64,000 nt of DNA, from positions 33,768-97,767 of the IMG/VR virus record IMGVR_UViG_3300045988_011313; one strand, 5' to 3'. The stretch is from a virus. This document shows positions 13,824 through 22,486 of the stretch, one piece after another. Every line of letters begins with the position of its first letter. Within the stretch, counting starts at the first letter, position 1. Both the position numbers and the translations under genes were made by a program. The notes beneath the pieces were generated by a model. It worked only from the letters and a program-made list of their open reading frames with translations. It did no database searches and was not told where the DNA came from.

Positions 13824-14139
13824 TAGAGAATATTGATATAAAACTTAAAGAGATATAGTTATGGAGCAACGCATTATCAAATTTAAGGCAAAACCAATGT
13901 AAATAACCGTCCTTATAGGACATAATAATAAATAATATGAATAAAAGATTAACAAATCACCTTCTTCTGTAAAAGGGAGAGGGGGATAAAAAAATATACT
14001 TTAATTGGTGGAGCGAGTCGCTCTTTCTGTACAGAGTATGTAATTTCAAGCATAATATAAGATAGCTCTGTTGTTATGTGATGCTATGCAGCATACAGGA
14101 GTTTCTAATATAATTAGAACGTAAGTATCTTATATTTAC

Positions 14140-14213
14140 ACTCTCATAGCTCAGCAGCATAGAGCATTGGTTTCCTAAACCAAGGGTCGAGGGTTGGAGT
14201 CCCTCTGGGAGTA
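14140..14213 (+). tRNA. tRNA-Arg: tRNA-Arg(CCT)
   Basis: ACTCTCA-TA-GCTC-AGCAGCATA-GAGC-A-TTGGT-TTCCTAA-ACCAA-GGGTC-GAGGG-TTGGAGT-CCCTC-TGGGAGT-A. The T loop has G at position 56. Confidence 0.8.
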
Positions 14214-14302
14214 CTAAGGTGTTATTTGTAAAGGTAATTTGATTGTTTTTAGGTATTTATTATAGGAAACTGGTATGTGATATATAGGTTTCCTTTTGTT
14301 AT

Positions 14303-14374
14303 GTCTCCATAGTTCAAGGGATAGAACAATAGTCTTCTAAACTATATATCTGAGTTCGAGTCTCAGTGGAGATA
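14303..14374 (+). tRNA. tRNA-Arg: tRNA-Arg(TCT), second copy
   Basis: GTCTCCA-TA-GTTC-AAGGGATA-GAAC-A-ATAGT-CTTCTAA-ACTAT-ATAT-CTGAG-TTCGAGT-CTCAG-TGGAGAT-A. Confidence 0.85.
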
Positions 14375-14585
14375 CAATGTCTATTTAACTACTATTTCCT
14401 GACCATGCTGTGCAAAATGACTGAAAATGTGGTGCTGATAGGTAAGCTATCACCACTTATAAATGCAACTACTTCAATGTGGGGATATAAAGAGAAAGTT
14501 ACGTGACTTTAATAATGATGTTTCAATAGGAAACAATATTTGACTTTGTTAGGACATTCTTTCAATAAGAAATGAATCCAAATAA

Positions 14586-14968
14586 GGGGCATTTTTTGGT
14601 TTTGATTGCTGATTATTTAGTAAGAGAACATGCAAAGACTGATGGAAAGACATCAAAACAATAACTGGCAATACTTCTTATAGAGTTGCTGCCTAAATAG
14701 GCTGAGTAGCACTTACTTGGAAACAGAAAGGTGCAAAGCCTGAATGAAGACTAAGGCTGAGGGTCCTACTTTAAGAGCATTAATAGGCTGTGGTCTCGCA
14801 GAAGGTAACTCAACTTTTTCCTTGTTTATGGACAATAAAATAAGGTGGTGGAAATGCTGTAAATCCAGACAGACCCAGTGGGTAACTGACCACATTAAAA
14901 AGTAGTAAGCATGTGTAATTCTTTTATTAAAGATTAGTAAGACAGGGGTTCGATTCCCCTATGCTCCA
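14586..14968 (+). ncRNA. ssrA: tmRNA (SsrA), one-piece, about 383 nt
   Basis: The 5' GGGGCAT pairs with the 3' ATGCTCC to give 7 bp, including the G3-U70 wobble. T arm AGGGG-TTCGATT-CCCCT, discriminator A. The internal tag frame at 14667-14696 (GGC AAT ACT TCT TAT AGA GTT GCT GCC TAA) encodes GNTSYRVAA* and is preceded by AACAATAACT. Confidence 0.8.
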
Positions 14969-15002
14969 CAAAATAACTTTAGTATTAACTAAAAAAAAAA
15001 GT

Positions 15003-15398
15003 ATGTTTTATTTATTAATGTTTGAGTTCATGCTATTGGGAGTAATAGGTGGACTATTAGGTATATTCTATAGGAATTGCCTGAAGGTTGAGGATATGAT
15101 ATTCTATCCTTTGTATAGTAAAGTGTTTGTACCTATGGTTAAAAGTGGCAATAGGTTCTTACATTTTATAGCATTCCCATTAGGATTCTGCATCTATTGT
15201 AGTACCTTTTGGATAACTATGCTCATTCTTATACTCTTCCTGACAAGCTGGGATTCACTCCCTAAGTGGCAGTATGTTGTAATAGGAATCATAGCAGCAG
15301 AAGGTGTAGCTCACCTAATAGTGTGTATAAGTTGCAGATTCTTAATATACAAACATCCTGACTTGGATAAGCATTACTTAAAGCATTTACATGAGTAA
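15003..15398 (+). CDS. hypothetical multi-pass membrane protein (131 aa)
   Basis: The track ORF 14961-15398 is trimmed to the Met at 15003 because its first 8 nt (14961-14968) overlap the tmRNA 3' end. Several hydrophobic helices are present. Confidence 0.55.
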   Translation: MFYLLMFEFMLLGVIGGLLGIFYRNCLKVEDMIFYPLYSKVFVPMVKSGNRFLHFIAFPLGFCIYCSTFWITMLILILFLTSWDSLPKWQYVVIGIIAAEGVAHLIVCISCRFLIYKHPDLDKHYLKHLHE

Positions 15399-15447
15399 CT
15401 AAAACATGTGAGTATTTATTTGTGATTAATTTATTTTTAATAGAATT

Positions 15448-15882
15448 ATGATTGATATTAAGTTAAATCTAAGTATTGAACTTCCAGGAAGTACTATGCT
15501 TAGTAAGGAGGAGTGCCTTAAAACAACTCACAAAGTGATTGAGAAGAAGACCAAAGCTGGTAAAATCTACAAGAAAACCATTAAGGTAGAAGTAGAGGAT
15601 TGGGACAAGGTGGAGAAGCACTCTATGAGAGTGACTAATGCAAATGGTACCAATCCAGAGATTATCACTTTCCATACAAGAAAGTGTAAACCAGCTACAC
15701 AGTCCCTGAACATGAGCAAGGAGGCTTATGAGCACATGATAGATGAGGGTTCTTGTCCTTCATGGTCTAAGCCTGGCAAGTGGGCTGCAATGAGTGAAAA
15801 GGAAAGACTTGAAGCTCATTTGCAGAGAACAGTGGAATACCTTGGAGGTATATCATATACCTATCAGGTGTTTGAGGACTAA
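15448..15882 (+). CDS. hypothetical protein (144 aa)
   Basis: ORF track. A terminator follows. Confidence 0.6.
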   Translation: MIDIKLNLSIELPGSTMLSKEECLKTTHKVIEKKTKAGKIYKKTIKVEVEDWDKVEKHSMRVTNANGTNPEIITFHTRKCKPATQSLNMSKEAYEHMIDEGSCPSWSKPGKWAAMSEKERLEAHLQRTVEYLGGISYTYQVFED

Positions 15883-15902
15883 ATGGAGGTGTTCTTGTAG
15901 TA

Positions 15903-15945
15903 AGGGCAGGGGTACTAATAATACCCTTGTCTTTCTTTTTTTTTT
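15903..15945 (+). terminator. rho-independent terminator
   Basis: AGGGGTA-ctaataa-TACCCTT stem followed by CTTTCTTTTTTTTTT. Confidence 0.65.
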
Positions 15946-15982
15946 ACAACCTACTGATTAAGTGGGATAAAACTAAGAGACT

Positions 15983-16534
15983 ATGGGATATGTTCCTAAA
16001 TTTATACATTTTAGTCATTCCGTTGATGTAAAGTACCCATTTGGTGTTTATTGGGAGCATAGCTACATACAACAGAGTGCAGAAGTAATCCTCAATACAT
16101 ACAAAGAAGATATTAAGGAAGGCACAAGCATTACTTTTGTAGCAAGAGGTACATCAGGAGCTATGATTGCAGGTGCTATGCTCAATGAGTTACATAACAT
16201 TAACCCAACTACTAAGACATATATCCTGATTGTCAGGAAGGAGGAAGAAGTAGGTGCTCATTGTTCTTCATTATATGGAATTGATATGGTAGGTACTACA
16301 AGGTTTATAGTTGTGGATGACTTCATAGCATCTGGTGAAACCATTGAAGCAATCATACAGAAACTAGATTGGTACTTTACTAGTGTAGCACATCATCCTA
16401 CTAATAAGTATGATATGCTTTGTGTAGGTAACTCTATTGATGCAAAAGCATTAAAGAAGAACTCATGTGCTGGTTACAGAAAATGGAAAGGGATTTGTTC
16501 AAGATTTAAGTATGTAGTATGCTGCCCTGATTAA
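15983..16534 (+). CDS. type I phosphoribosyltransferase-like protein
   Basis: RFIVVDDFIASGETIEAI matches the PRPP-binding loop (hydrophobic x4, D-D, x3, S/T-G-x-T). An upstream FVARGTSGAMIAG segment precedes it. Confidence 0.6.
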   Translation: MGYVPKFIHFSHSVDVKYPFGVYWEHSYIQQSAEVILNTYKEDIKEGTSITFVARGTSGAMIAGAMLNELHNINPTTKTYILIVRKEEEVGAHCSSLYGIDMVGTTRFIVVDDFIASGETIEAIIQKLDWYFTSVAHHPTNKYDMLCVGNSIDAKALKKNSCAGYRKWKGICSRFKYVVCCPD

Positions 16535-16561
16535 ATTGGGAGCTAAATAAAAAAGTAATTT

Positions 16562-16753
16562 ATGACAAGGATATGGATTATAGTTTTACTAATAATATAC
16601 GTGATGGTCCTTATTAATAAATATGAACCATCAATAGATATAATAGTACAAGGTAAAAGGTATAGGGTGTTATTATGGTATAATAGCCATAAGTCAAATT
16701 ATCCTAATAAACCTACGGTAGTAAGAAATTACATACAACTGTTTGTAATATGA
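16562..16753 (+). CDS. small membrane protein (63 aa, N-terminal TM helix)
   Basis: IWIIVLLIIYVMVLI forms the N-terminal helix. Confidence 0.5.
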   Translation: MTRIWIIVLLIIYVMVLINKYEPSIDIIVQGKRYRVLLWYNSHKSNYPNKPTVVRNYIQLFVI

Positions 16754-16956
16754 GTAAAGGAAGAAAGTATAAAATACCCCATAAGTATCTTAGCAAATAT
16801 CCTATAAGGAAAAGGACTAGATATAAGGTAATGGGAGGTAAAAACCGTAAAAAATCAAAGTTTAAGTTCTTTAGGCACCTGAAATTCTGGAAGACTCTAG
16901 AAGGTCATATATCTATGAGGAAGATGGTGGCTATGTATAGTTGGATTTGGAATTAA
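16750..16956 (+). CDS. highly basic small protein (68 aa)
   Basis: Lys/Arg-rich. 4-nt overlap with the upstream gene. Confidence 0.45.
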   Translation: MSKGRKYKIPHKYLSKYPIRKRTRYKVMGGKNRKKSKFKFFRHLKFWKTLEGHISMRKMVAMYSWIWN

Positions 16957-16960
16957 TAAT

Positions 16961-17152
16961 ATGAGAAAGTTCATTATCAAGGTAGTATGTTTAGTACTGT
17001 GTTTATTCATAGCACTAAATGCTGTTACTCAATTACTCACCGTGAGTAACACAGCTGCTAACATTGCAGGAATTATATTGTTCGTAGTAGCTATATGGAT
17101 AGGTGTAGAAGTAATGATTAAATTAATTAAAACAAAAGAAAATGAAAAGTAA
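16961..17152 (+). CDS. small two-TM membrane protein, holin-like by shape
   Basis: Helices VVCLVLCLFIALNAV and IAGIILFVVAIWIGVEVMI, with a charged C-terminus KTKENEK. There is no sequence family evidence. Confidence 0.45.
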   Translation: MRKFIIKVVCLVLCLFIALNAVTQLLTVSNTAANIAGIILFVVAIWIGVEVMIKLIKTKENEK

Positions 17153-17927
17153 AGTAATTATGTGCCTTATGGCATTGTTTACCATGTTGAGTATGTCCTC
17201 ATGTGGTTATGAGAGAGTAGATGCAGGTTGTGAGGGTATTAAGGTAAACCTCTATGGCTCTGACAAGGGTGTGGATGATGTATCTTTGGTTACTGGTGCA
17301 GTGTGGTATAATCCATTCACTGAGCAAGTATATGAGTATCCTACTTATGTACAGACAGTAGATTATCCTGCTTTCACAATTAATGCAAAGGATGGCTCAG
17401 AGTTCAGTATTGACCCTACTATTTCATTGAAGATTGCTGATGGTAAGTCACCTCAGGTATTCAAGAAGTATAGGAAGGAGCTTGCTGATGTTATCAATGG
17501 AACCCTCTTTAATTATGTAAAGGATGCCTTCAGGATTCAGCTCAATAAGTATACCACTGATGAGATTGTATCAAACAGAGATATGGTAGAGAAAGCTATT
17601 GAAGCACATCTTTCTAAAGCATTGCTTAAAGAGAATTTTCAGTTGGAGCAACTGACTTCAGGATTGAAATATCCTCAGTCTATTGTTGATGCAGTAAATG
17701 CAAAGAATGCTGCTATTCAGAAAGCTCAGAAAGCTCAGAATGAGTTAGCTGTAGTAAAGGCAGAGGCAGAGAAGAAAGTAGTTGCAGCACAGGCTGAAGC
17801 AGAGGCTAATAAGCTTAGAACACAGGCTTTGACACCATTGATTCTTAAGCAGCAGTGGATTGAGAAGTGGGATGGTAAGCTCCCTGTATATGGTAGTTTG
17901 CCTACATTATTTAAAGGTATAGAATAA
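17142..17927 (+). CDS. SPFH/Band-7 (prohibitin/HflC-like) domain lipoprotein
   Basis: Signal peptide with lipobox LSMSSC. The body resembles an SPFH domain, followed by an Ala/Glu/Lys coiled coil (AAIQKAQKAQNELAVVKAEAEKKVVAAQAEAEANKLR) typical of the family. Confidence 0.65.
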   Translation: MKSKVIMCLMALFTMLSMSSCGYERVDAGCEGIKVNLYGSDKGVDDVSLVTGAVWYNPFTEQVYEYPTYVQTVDYPAFTINAKDGSEFSIDPTISLKIADGKSPQVFKKYRKELADVINGTLFNYVKDAFRIQLNKYTTDEIVSNRDMVEKAIEAHLSKALLKENFQLEQLTSGLKYPQSIVDAVNAKNAAIQKAQKAQNELAVVKAEAEKKVVAAQAEAEANKLRTQALTPLILKQQWIEKWDGKLPVYGSLPTLFKGIE

Positions 17928-17929
17928 CT

Positions 17930-18238
17930 ATGGATTGTATTATATTTGGTTTAATATCCTTTATAATCCAGGTATATGTACTCAAGCATACTTACTCCTA
18001 TAGAGTAAAAGGTGATATTCCACTTGATTGGGCAGAAGCTGAAAAAATAGGTATTCCTTTATGGACAGTACTTATTATGCTTATTACCAGTATCATTCCA
18101 TTTGTTAATATAGCAGAGACTATTGCGTTTTGGGCTGTATGGTTGAAATATTGTCTCAATCCTAATACAGGTCCATACTGTAATACTTGGTACACATATT
18201 GGAGATTCAAGGATAAATTCTTTTCAAGAAAGATATGA
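17930..18238 (+). CDS. membrane protein (102 aa, about three TM helices)
   Basis: Hydrophobic segments. 4-nt overlap with the downstream hydrolase gene. Confidence 0.5.
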   Translation: MDCIIFGLISFIIQVYVLKHTYSYRVKGDIPLDWAEAEKIGIPLWTVLIMLITSIIPFVNIAETIAFWAVWLKYCLNPNTGPYCNTWYTYWRFKDKFFSRKI

Positions 18239-18759
18239 GAAATAAATGGTTGAAAGCACTTATTGTAGCAGCTACAGTAGTGCCGTGGAGTGTAGTAATT
18301 GCATTACTCTTGCAAGTTAAGAGTATAGTCTCTCAACAGCCAAAGGTTGGAACTGCCCCTGTCATAGAGGTAGCTGATACCATTATTAATGAGCAACCAA
18401 AGTTCTTCTTTCAGACCCCTAAGGAGGGTCTGGAGGAGGCTTTGTCTTATTATGGTTTAAAGCATAAGGATATTGTCTATGCTCAGGCTGTTCTTGAAAC
18501 AGGGCATTTCAAGTCTAAGGTATGCTTGAAATATAATAATCTCTTTGGTCTTTATAATAGTAAAGAAAAGAGATATTGTAAGTTTAAGCATTGGACTGAA
18601 AGTGTTGTAGCTTATAAGGAGTGGATTCAAAAGAAATATCAACCTCCGAATAACTATTATGCTTTTCTTGAGAGTATTAACTATGCAAGTGATAAAGAAT
18701 ATGTAAGTACATTAAAAAGTATTGTAAATAAAGAGAATGACAAGAGAAGAGATACATGA
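18235..18759 (+). CDS. membrane-anchored peptidoglycan hydrolase (glucosaminidase family), endolysin candidate
   Basis: N-terminal TM helix ALIVAATVVPWSVVIALLL. YAQAVLETGHFKSKVCLKYNNLFGL matches the mannosyl-glycoprotein endo-beta-N-acetylglucosaminidase motif (AQA.LETG.....NNLFG). Confidence 0.75.
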   Translation: MRNKWLKALIVAATVVPWSVVIALLLQVKSIVSQQPKVGTAPVIEVADTIINEQPKFFFQTPKEGLEEALSYYGLKHKDIVYAQAVLETGHFKSKVCLKYNNLFGLYNSKEKRYCKFKHWTESVVAYKEWIQKKYQPPNNYYAFLESINYASDKEYVSTLKSIVNKENDKRRDT

Positions 18760-19876
18760 TTTAGCCCTATCTAAGGTAGATAAGGCTAAGTACTTGATAC
18801 TTGAGTTGATAACTGGAATGGGTAAGACTAAGGCAGCAATAGACCTCATTAATCATATATGTGATAGGGTATTCAGGAATGATGAAAGCCCTACTACTAT
18901 ACTTATTCTTGTGGCTAAGACTGTGCATAAACAGACTTGGAAGGATGAGATTGAGAAATGGGGAGGTATTAAGTCTGACTATATTACCATTGAATGCTAT
19001 GAGTCATTAAAGAACTATGAGAACTCATGCTTTGATGTAGTGGTGGCAGATGAGATGCAGCATTTGTCAGAAGCAAGAATTGATGTATTGGAGACTATCC
19101 ATATCAATGAATCTTTCATTGGATTGTCTGCCACTATCAAGAGAGATATGAGGGATTATTTTATCCGCAGTCATAAGGCTGAGGTCATTAAATGTGGTCT
19201 CAAGGAGGCTGTAGAGGATGAAGTATTGCCTGAGCCTACAGTATATCTGTTGCCTTTAACCTTGGATAATTCTATATATAAATACAGAACCAAAAGATTT
19301 GGTAAGGAGGTTACTACTACTCAGAAAGGCTATTATGATAGTGTCTCTTCACTTATAGAGTGGTACAAGAATAAGTACTTTAATTCAAGAAATGAGAGAA
19401 TAAAGAACTTATGGCTTTCAACAGCAGGCAAAAGGTTGAAGTGGTGTGCTGAACAGAAGGAAGCTCTTGTATTACATCTTCTTGACAAGTTCAGGAATTA
19501 CAAGACTTTGACTTTCTGTAGTAGTATTGAGCAGTCAGAGAGGTTGGGTAAGTATAATATCACCTCAAAGAATAAGGCTTCAGTGAAGAACCTTGAGATG
19601 TTTAACCTCAACAAGATTAAGCATATTACTGCCTGTAACATACTCAATGAAGGTGTGAACTTGACTAATTGTAGGATAGGTATATTCTGCAACTTGAATA
19701 GTTCGGAGATTGTAGTAAAGCAAAGAGTTGGTAGAATACTTAGACATAAATCCCCTATTATTATCATACCTTATTTCAAGGATACAAGAGAAGAAGAACT
19801 TGTACAGAAGATGATAGAGGAGTACTCTGAGGATTCCATCATTAGTGTTGATAGTATTAATGATATTAAACTATGA
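18737..19876 (+). CDS. SF2 (DEAD/DEAH-like) helicase
   Basis: Walker A TGMGKTKAA, DExH box VVVADEMQH, and a C-terminal helicase motif VKQRVGRILR. Confidence 0.8.
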   Translation: MTREEIHDLALSKVDKAKYLILELITGMGKTKAAIDLINHICDRVFRNDESPTTILILVAKTVHKQTWKDEIEKWGGIKSDYITIECYESLKNYENSCFDVVVADEMQHLSEARIDVLETIHINESFIGLSATIKRDMRDYFIRSHKAEVIKCGLKEAVEDEVLPEPTVYLLPLTLDNSIYKYRTKRFGKEVTTTQKGYYDSVSSLIEWYKNKYFNSRNERIKNLWLSTAGKRLKWCAEQKEALVLHLLDKFRNYKTLTFCSSIEQSERLGKYNITSKNKASVKNLEMFNLNKIKHITACNILNEGVNLTNCRIGIFCNLNSSEIVVKQRVGRILRHKSPIIIIPYFKDTREEELVQKMIEEYSEDSIISVDSINDIKL

Positions 19877-20472
19877 CAATATGTTTAAGTAAAGAAGGGT
19901 GTCAGAAGAACAACATTAGTCTTGCTGAGGCTCTTTTAATGCTTGCCATCCATAATAATGCTGACCTTGATGCAGCTCAAAAGGAGCTAATCAAGAAAGG
20001 CTATATAACTGCTAACAGGGATGACCTGTTTCAGCAGGTTGGATGGAGACTCACTAATAAGGGCACTGAGGCAATAGATTCTGTAATTGTAGATTCTGAC
20101 AAGAAGCAGGAACCTAATGACAGGTTAGTTCAGTTGGCTACAAGGCTAAAGGAGATATTTCCTAAGGGCAAGAAAGATGGTACTAATTATTATTGGGCAG
20201 ATGGAGTAGCTTTGATTGTACGAAGATTAAAGTTATTCTTCAAAAAGTATGGAAATACTTATACTGATGAGCAAATCATACAGGCAACCAGTAAGTATGT
20301 AGAGGGTTTCAATGGAAACTATACGTATATGAGGTTATTAAAGTATTTCATATTCAAAGAGAAAGTTGGTGCTGCTGGTGAGGTTGAAGGAGACTCAGAA
20401 TTGATTAGTTATATTGAGAATGCTGGTCAAGAAGAGAATCTAAGGAATGATTGGACTTCTACAATTAACTGA
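19873..20472 (+). CDS. hypothetical replication-module protein (199 aa)
   Basis: ORF track. 4-nt overlap with the helicase gene. Confidence 0.6.
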   Translation: MTICLSKEGCQKNNISLAEALLMLAIHNNADLDAAQKELIKKGYITANRDDLFQQVGWRLTNKGTEAIDSVIVDSDKKQEPNDRLVQLATRLKEIFPKGKKDGTNYYWADGVALIVRRLKLFFKKYGNTYTDEQIIQATSKYVEGFNGNYTYMRLLKYFIFKEKVGAAGEVEGDSELISYIENAGQEENLRNDWTSTIN

Positions 20473-20474
20473 TT

Positions 20475-21686
20475 ATGAGTAGATTTAAACAAGTAATGGG
20501 AAATCTAAGGTTAAGGAGAGACAGGGTTCTTAATGGACTTTATAACTGTATTCCTTTCCCTTTTCCAAGATTTAGAGCATGGGTCCCAGGCATTGAAACT
20601 GCTAAGTTCATAGTGGTAACTGCCAATCAGAAGGTAGGTAAATCAAAGTTCTGTGATTATCTATTTGTATATGAACCCTTGTTCTTTATATTGGAGCATC
20701 CTGAGATGAGAGTAAAGGTTCTCTACTTTACTTTGGAGATGAGTCCAGAGGAAAAGTATAATGAGTTCTTGTGTCATCTGTTATTCAGACTGGATGGGAT
20801 AGAGGTGTCTCCTACTGAACTGAAAAGTACAGATAGAGACCATCCTATTGATGAGAAGATTCTTGAATTGCTTGAGACTGATAAATATCAGAGGTATATC
20901 AAGGCATTTGAGGATATGGTTGAGTATATTGATGACCAAAGGAATCCTACAGGAATCAATAAGTACTGTAGGGACTATGCCCTTACTCATGGACATCTTA
21001 ACTTTAAGAAAGGTAAGAGGAAAGACCCTATCACAGATAAAATCATAGATGCAGATGTGGTAGATAGTGACAATCCTTATACCCCAGATGACCCAGAGGA
21101 GAGGAGAATAATCATCATAGACAATGCCTCAAATCTATCTCTTGAAAGTGGATTGAAGAAGATGGAAACTATTGATAAGATGAGTAAGTATGGTATTACT
21201 CTCAGAAATCAATTGAAGTTCATCTTTGTATTGATTCAGCATCAAGCACAAGCTCAAGAAGGTATTGAGAACCAAAAACTGAATAAGCTCAAACCATCTT
21301 CTGATGGTCTTGCAGATTGTAAGACTACTACCAGAGATGCCAATATGGTTATAGGTCTCTATAGTCCATTCAAGTATGGACTAAGAGATTATGAGGGATA
21401 TGATATAACTAAGTTCAAGAATCATATAAGGTTCATGGAGGTAATTGAAGATAGAGACTATGGAGCAAATGGTAAAATCTGCCCTTTATTCTTTGATGGT
21501 GCAGTGAGTACATTTTATGAGCTTCCAAGACCTGAGGATAAGAAAGCACTACAAAGAGTATATGACTATATGGAATCAAGGAATAGCAAAACTGCTAAGA
21601 CTTTCTTTAGTTATGGAATAAATAAAATGAATAAAGAGTTGCACAGGTGGAGAATATTTCGTAAATTTGCAGCCCTTTTCAAGTAA
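20475..21686 (+). CDS. DnaB-like replicative helicase
   Basis: Walker A ANQKVGKSKF, Walker B RRIIIIDNASNL, and a RecA-like core with QHQAQ. Confidence 0.7.
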   Translation: MSRFKQVMGNLRLRRDRVLNGLYNCIPFPFPRFRAWVPGIETAKFIVVTANQKVGKSKFCDYLFVYEPLFFILEHPEMRVKVLYFTLEMSPEEKYNEFLCHLLFRLDGIEVSPTELKSTDRDHPIDEKILELLETDKYQRYIKAFEDMVEYIDDQRNPTGINKYCRDYALTHGHLNFKKGKRKDPITDKIIDADVVDSDNPYTPDDPEERRIIIIDNASNLSLESGLKKMETIDKMSKYGITLRNQLKFIFVLIQHQAQAQEGIENQKLNKLKPSSDGLADCKTTTRDANMVIGLYSPFKYGLRDYEGYDITKFKNHIRFMEVIEDRDYGANGKICPLFFDGAVSTFYELPRPEDKKALQRVYDYMESRNSKTAKTFFSYGINKMNKELHRWRIFRKFAALFK

Positions 21687-21715
21687 AAGTAACATTATAA
21701 AACAAAAAAAAAACA

Positions 21716-22486
21716 ATGGCAAAGATTTTAATTTTGGCTAAGTCAGGCTTTGGAAAAACCACTTCCTACTGTGGTAGGGAGAAGTTAGGCATCAAAGGTC
21801 TTGACCCAAAGGAAACTTATGTTATCCAGTGTATTGGTAGGGGTGTTCCTAACCCTAACTTTAAACTGATTGAGGGTAGCATTGGAGTAGAGAACGCAGG
21901 CAAGCCTACACAGAAACTTACAAATGCAAATGCCCTTGGCACAGGTAATAGAGTGCAGGTAGATGGTCTCACAGGTCTTGACAGATTTGCAGCAGTAGCA
22001 GAGATTATCAATATGCTGAAGAAGTCTCCTTTCAAGAATATTGTGATTGATGATTTCAATTATCTTGCACAGGATTTCTATATGGCAAATGCTATGAAAG
22101 GTGGATGGGATACTCCTAAGCAGATTGGATATGGAATGGGTCTTATCTTTGATGCCTTTAAGGGACTCCCTGAGAACAAAAATATCATCTGCTGTGCCCA
22201 TTATGAGGAGTATAAGGATAAGAATGGTGATTCCATTTCCTATAAGTTCAAGACCACTGGAAAGATGGTGGATGATTACATCACACCAGAAGGTAAGTTT
22301 GATATTATCCTCTTTGGCAAGGTAGGGTATGATGCAGAAAACAAGAGACCTATCAAGCACTTTGTCAAGGAGTTTGATGGAGAATATCCTGCTAAAGACA
22401 GTCTTGGTGCATTGGATGACCTTCCTGATGAGATTCCTAATGATTTGTCTATAGTAGTAGACAAATTGAGGGAGATTTATGGATAG
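21716..22486 (+). CDS. P-loop ATPase (Sak4/RecA-like)
   Basis: The N-terminal ILILAKSGFGKTTS is a Walker A motif. NIVIDDFNYL looks like Walker B. Confidence 0.7.
   Translation: MAKILILAKSGFGKTTSYCGREKLGIKGLDPKETYVIQCIGRGVPNPNFKLIEGSIGVENAGKPTQKLTNANALGTGNRVQVDGLTGLDRFAAVAEIINMLKKSPFKNIVIDDFNYLAQDFYMANAMKGGWDTPKQIGYGMGLIFDAFKGLPENKNIICCAHYEEYKDKNGDSISYKFKTTGKMVDDYITPEGKFDIILFGKVGYDAENKRPIKHFVKEFDGEYPAKDSLGALDDLPDEIPNDLSIVVDKLREIYG

Noticed and set aside
14713-14895. 60-aa minus-strand ORF.
   Set aside because: It lies entirely inside the tmRNA gene, on the opposite strand.
14930-14968. An isolated tRNA 3' half (T arm plus acceptor), which could have been a phage attP or integration scar.
   Set aside because: Its acceptor strand pairs perfectly, with G3-U70, with GGGGCAT at 14586. 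A tag ORF lies between the two. It is therefore the 3' end of a tmRNA, not a tRNA fragment.
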